From: Chiloscyllium plagiosum
Taxonomy: Eukaryota
DNA: 64,000 bases
Reading direction: 5' to 3'
Assembly: GCF_004010195.1 (NCBI RefSeq)
Contig: NC_057759.1
Coordinates: 1,347,212-1,411,211, forward strand
Every line of letters starts with the position of its first letter. Positions within the stretch are counted from its first letter, which is position 1. Shown in pieces: positions 61,480 through 64,000 of this stretch. The position numbers and the translations under genes were made by a program. The notes beneath the pieces are model-generated. The model did not search any database. It had not been told where the DNA came from and saw only the letters and a list, made by a program, of their open reading frames with translations.

Positions 61480-62770
61480 GTTTGCAGTAAGATGATGCTT
61501 CACAAATTTGTTAGAGTTCTTTGAAGAAGTGAACAGAGATGTTGGCGAGGGCAGGGCGGCAGAAATATTGATTTCAGTAAGTCCTTTGGTAAAGTTGCAC
61601 ATGGTCGGCTGCCCTGGACGACTAGTCACATGGAATCCGGGGGAGCTTGCAAGTTGGACAGATAACTCCCTTGACGGTCGAAAGCAGAGGTAATAGTTGA
61701 AGGATGTTTGTCGTACGATTTAGGATGTTGTGAAGCTTGAAATGGTTTAAAAATATTCACACGAATGTTGCCAGGGTAGAGGGATTTGAGCTACAGGAAG
61801 AAGCTAAATAGGCTGGGGTTGTTTTTTCCTGGAGCGTTGGCGGCTGAAGGATGTCCTTATAGCGGTCTATAAAATCATGAGGGACATGGATAGTGTAAAT
61901 AGACAAGGTATTTTCCCTAGGTTGAGGTAGTCCAGAACTAGGGAGCATAGGTTAAGCGTGAGAGGGAAAAACGGACCAAAGGGGCAACTTTTTAAAGCAG
62001 CAGATGGTGCGTGTATGGAATGAGCTGCCAGAGGGAGTGGTGGAGTCTGGTGCAGTTACAACGTTTAATAGCCATTTTGATATGAGTATGAATAAGAAGA
62101 GTTTAGAGGTATATGGTCAAGATGCTGACAAATGGGACTAAATTAGGTTAGGATACCTGGTCGGCATGGACGAGTTGGCTATGTTGCAGTTGTAAAGGAC
62201 GTTGGTGAGGCCGTACTTGTAGTACTGTGTTCAGTTTTGGTCACGTTGCTATGGGAAGGATGTTATTAAACTGGAAAGCGTGTAGAAGAAACTAACAAGG
62301 ATATTGGAATAACTCAACATTCTGAGTTATAGGGAGAGGTTGAACAATCAATAACTATTTTGTTTCGAGCGTAGGAGACTGAGGTAGGATCGCACAGAGG
62401 TATATATAACTGTGAGAGGCATTGAAAGGGTGAATGCACTCAGTATTTTCCCCAAGGTTGGGGAACTGAGAACTGGCAGGCATCTGTTTAATGTTAGCAT
62501 GGAAAGAATAAAAGTGAACTCGAGGAGGATTTTTTTTACACAAAGTATGGTACATATGTGGAATGATCTGCTGGCAGAATTGATTAGGTGATTACATTAA
62601 CAATATTTAAAGGCATTTGGACAAATATATGGAGATGGAAGTTCGGGAAGGATAAGGGACAAGTGCAGGGAAATGTGCTTAGCGTTGAAGGATATTTCAG
62701 TCAGCATGAAAGAGTTTGGGGCAAAGGGCCTGTCTCCGTGCTGCAGGACTCTGTGACTCTTCGACTCCTT
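61480..62770 (+). mobile_element. CR1 LINE fragments (two 3' ends in tandem)
   Basis: TNLLEFFEEV; LFFLERWRLKDVLIAVYKIMRDMD; RTLVRPYL*YCVQFWS. Confidence 0.85.
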
Positions 62771-63919
62771 GACTCGATGATATCAGCAGTCATTCTTCGA
62801 AGGTTTGCAGATTCTAGACTTAGCTTTCACAATGTCTTCTCGTATGATTGCCTCACTAACTTAAAGAACAATCTGGCGAACAACTGTTTAAGTGAATCAA
62901 ATCTATCCTTTGTTGAATATTAAGAGAAAAAAATGTTAATCCAAATAATCTTTCACTGCAGTTCTATAAAAATGGCTCAAGGTATTGTTAATCTTGTCAC
63001 TCAAACCATCTTTTGGTTTTCTTTGGCAATTAGTTGAGTAATTGAGTTCCTTTGTATTTCATCATGCTTTGGAGTTGATCTCTGAACTTCGATTGTATAC
63101 AAGGTAAATAAATGTCTTCGTGTAGGAACTTAAATTCATCAGGATGCATTCGGATTGTTGAAGGATATATTCAGTATCACTGTAATCTGTCGGAGTTATA
63201 TTATAATAAACAAATTCAATAAAATACTGTTAAGACACGGGGTAAACTCTCTTGCATGTTTTAAAGCAGCAACACAGAAGAGATTTATCCCGTGCAGTAA
63301 TCTGCGAAATTTTGATAGGCCATAACTAGTTAAAGTAAGACTTAACGACTTTAACAGAGAATAATTAACTAGCAATTATTTATAACTCATTTCTCGAACC
63401 TATCCTTTACCTTCCTATTCTGCAATACTAGTCTGACGAAACTCCTGATTAAGTTTTACAAAATACAACTTCTTATCTCAAAACCAGGCAGCTTTCTGTT
63501 CTTCTCTGTATTCCGGTTTTCTTTTCTTTGGAGATTTTACATCACAGGTTATTGATCGATAAAGGTACCTTTAAGATAATTTTTTTTGGGCTGGCAATTC
63601 TCCTCCAACTGTTCAACTTTCTCTGGTCTAATGCCCCAAAGCATCGGATTGTGTCATTGCCTTTTAAGATTGTCAATATACTAAATTAAAATTGGATTGG
63701 AGTTTGGCATTTTTGGAGTTATAATTTAACTGATTGGCCTAATTAAAATCTGTTTTTGTCTGCAAACAAAGAGTTACCGTAGCTATTCCAGTAACGGGAC
63801 AACACGTTATGTTGTATCATATTGAGAACGCTTGGTGTTTTCACTGCTAGATTTTAACGCTCTTAAAGTAACAGTAACCCCAATCTTCATAACACCACCC
63901 CCCCCCTTAAGAAAGGCCT

Positions 63920-64000
63920 GGCACGGTGGCTCAGTAGATAGCACTGCTGCCTCACATCACTAGGGACCCGGGTCGAATTCTAGCCTCAAATGACCGTCTG
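63920..64000 (+). mobile_element. tRNA-derived SINE head, cut by the window edge
   Basis: GGCACGGTGGCTCAGTAGATAGCACTGCTGCCTCAC...GGGTCGAATTC. Confidence 0.8.

Overview
Repeat-rich vertebrate DNA with a repeat content typical of cartilaginous fish (probably a shark; inferred from the CR1, tRNA-SINE and Penelope families, not proven). One apparently intact host gene was found: a two-exon GPR139-like class A GPCR on + (exon 1 ~37622-37799, exon 2 53609-54504, 15.8 kb GT-AG phase-1 intron). The main hidden structure is a decayed class I (gamma/epsilon-like) endogenous retrovirus on - (~17389-25200). It retains gag, RNase H, part of integrase, env SU/TM, a PPT and a 3' LTR, has lost protease and RT, and its env is split by a Rex1/Babar LINE and a Penelope element. 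A second gag copy of that family (3711-4860) and gag of a different ERV family (~6290-7650) lie upstream. About ten Penelope-derived termini, several arranged as hairpins, are present, and most carry minimal hammerhead ribozyme cores. Three degenerate minisatellites sit in the GPCR intron, one built from the CR1 3' tail. All calls come from manual reading and recalled family motifs; no searches were run, and boundaries are approximate unless stated.
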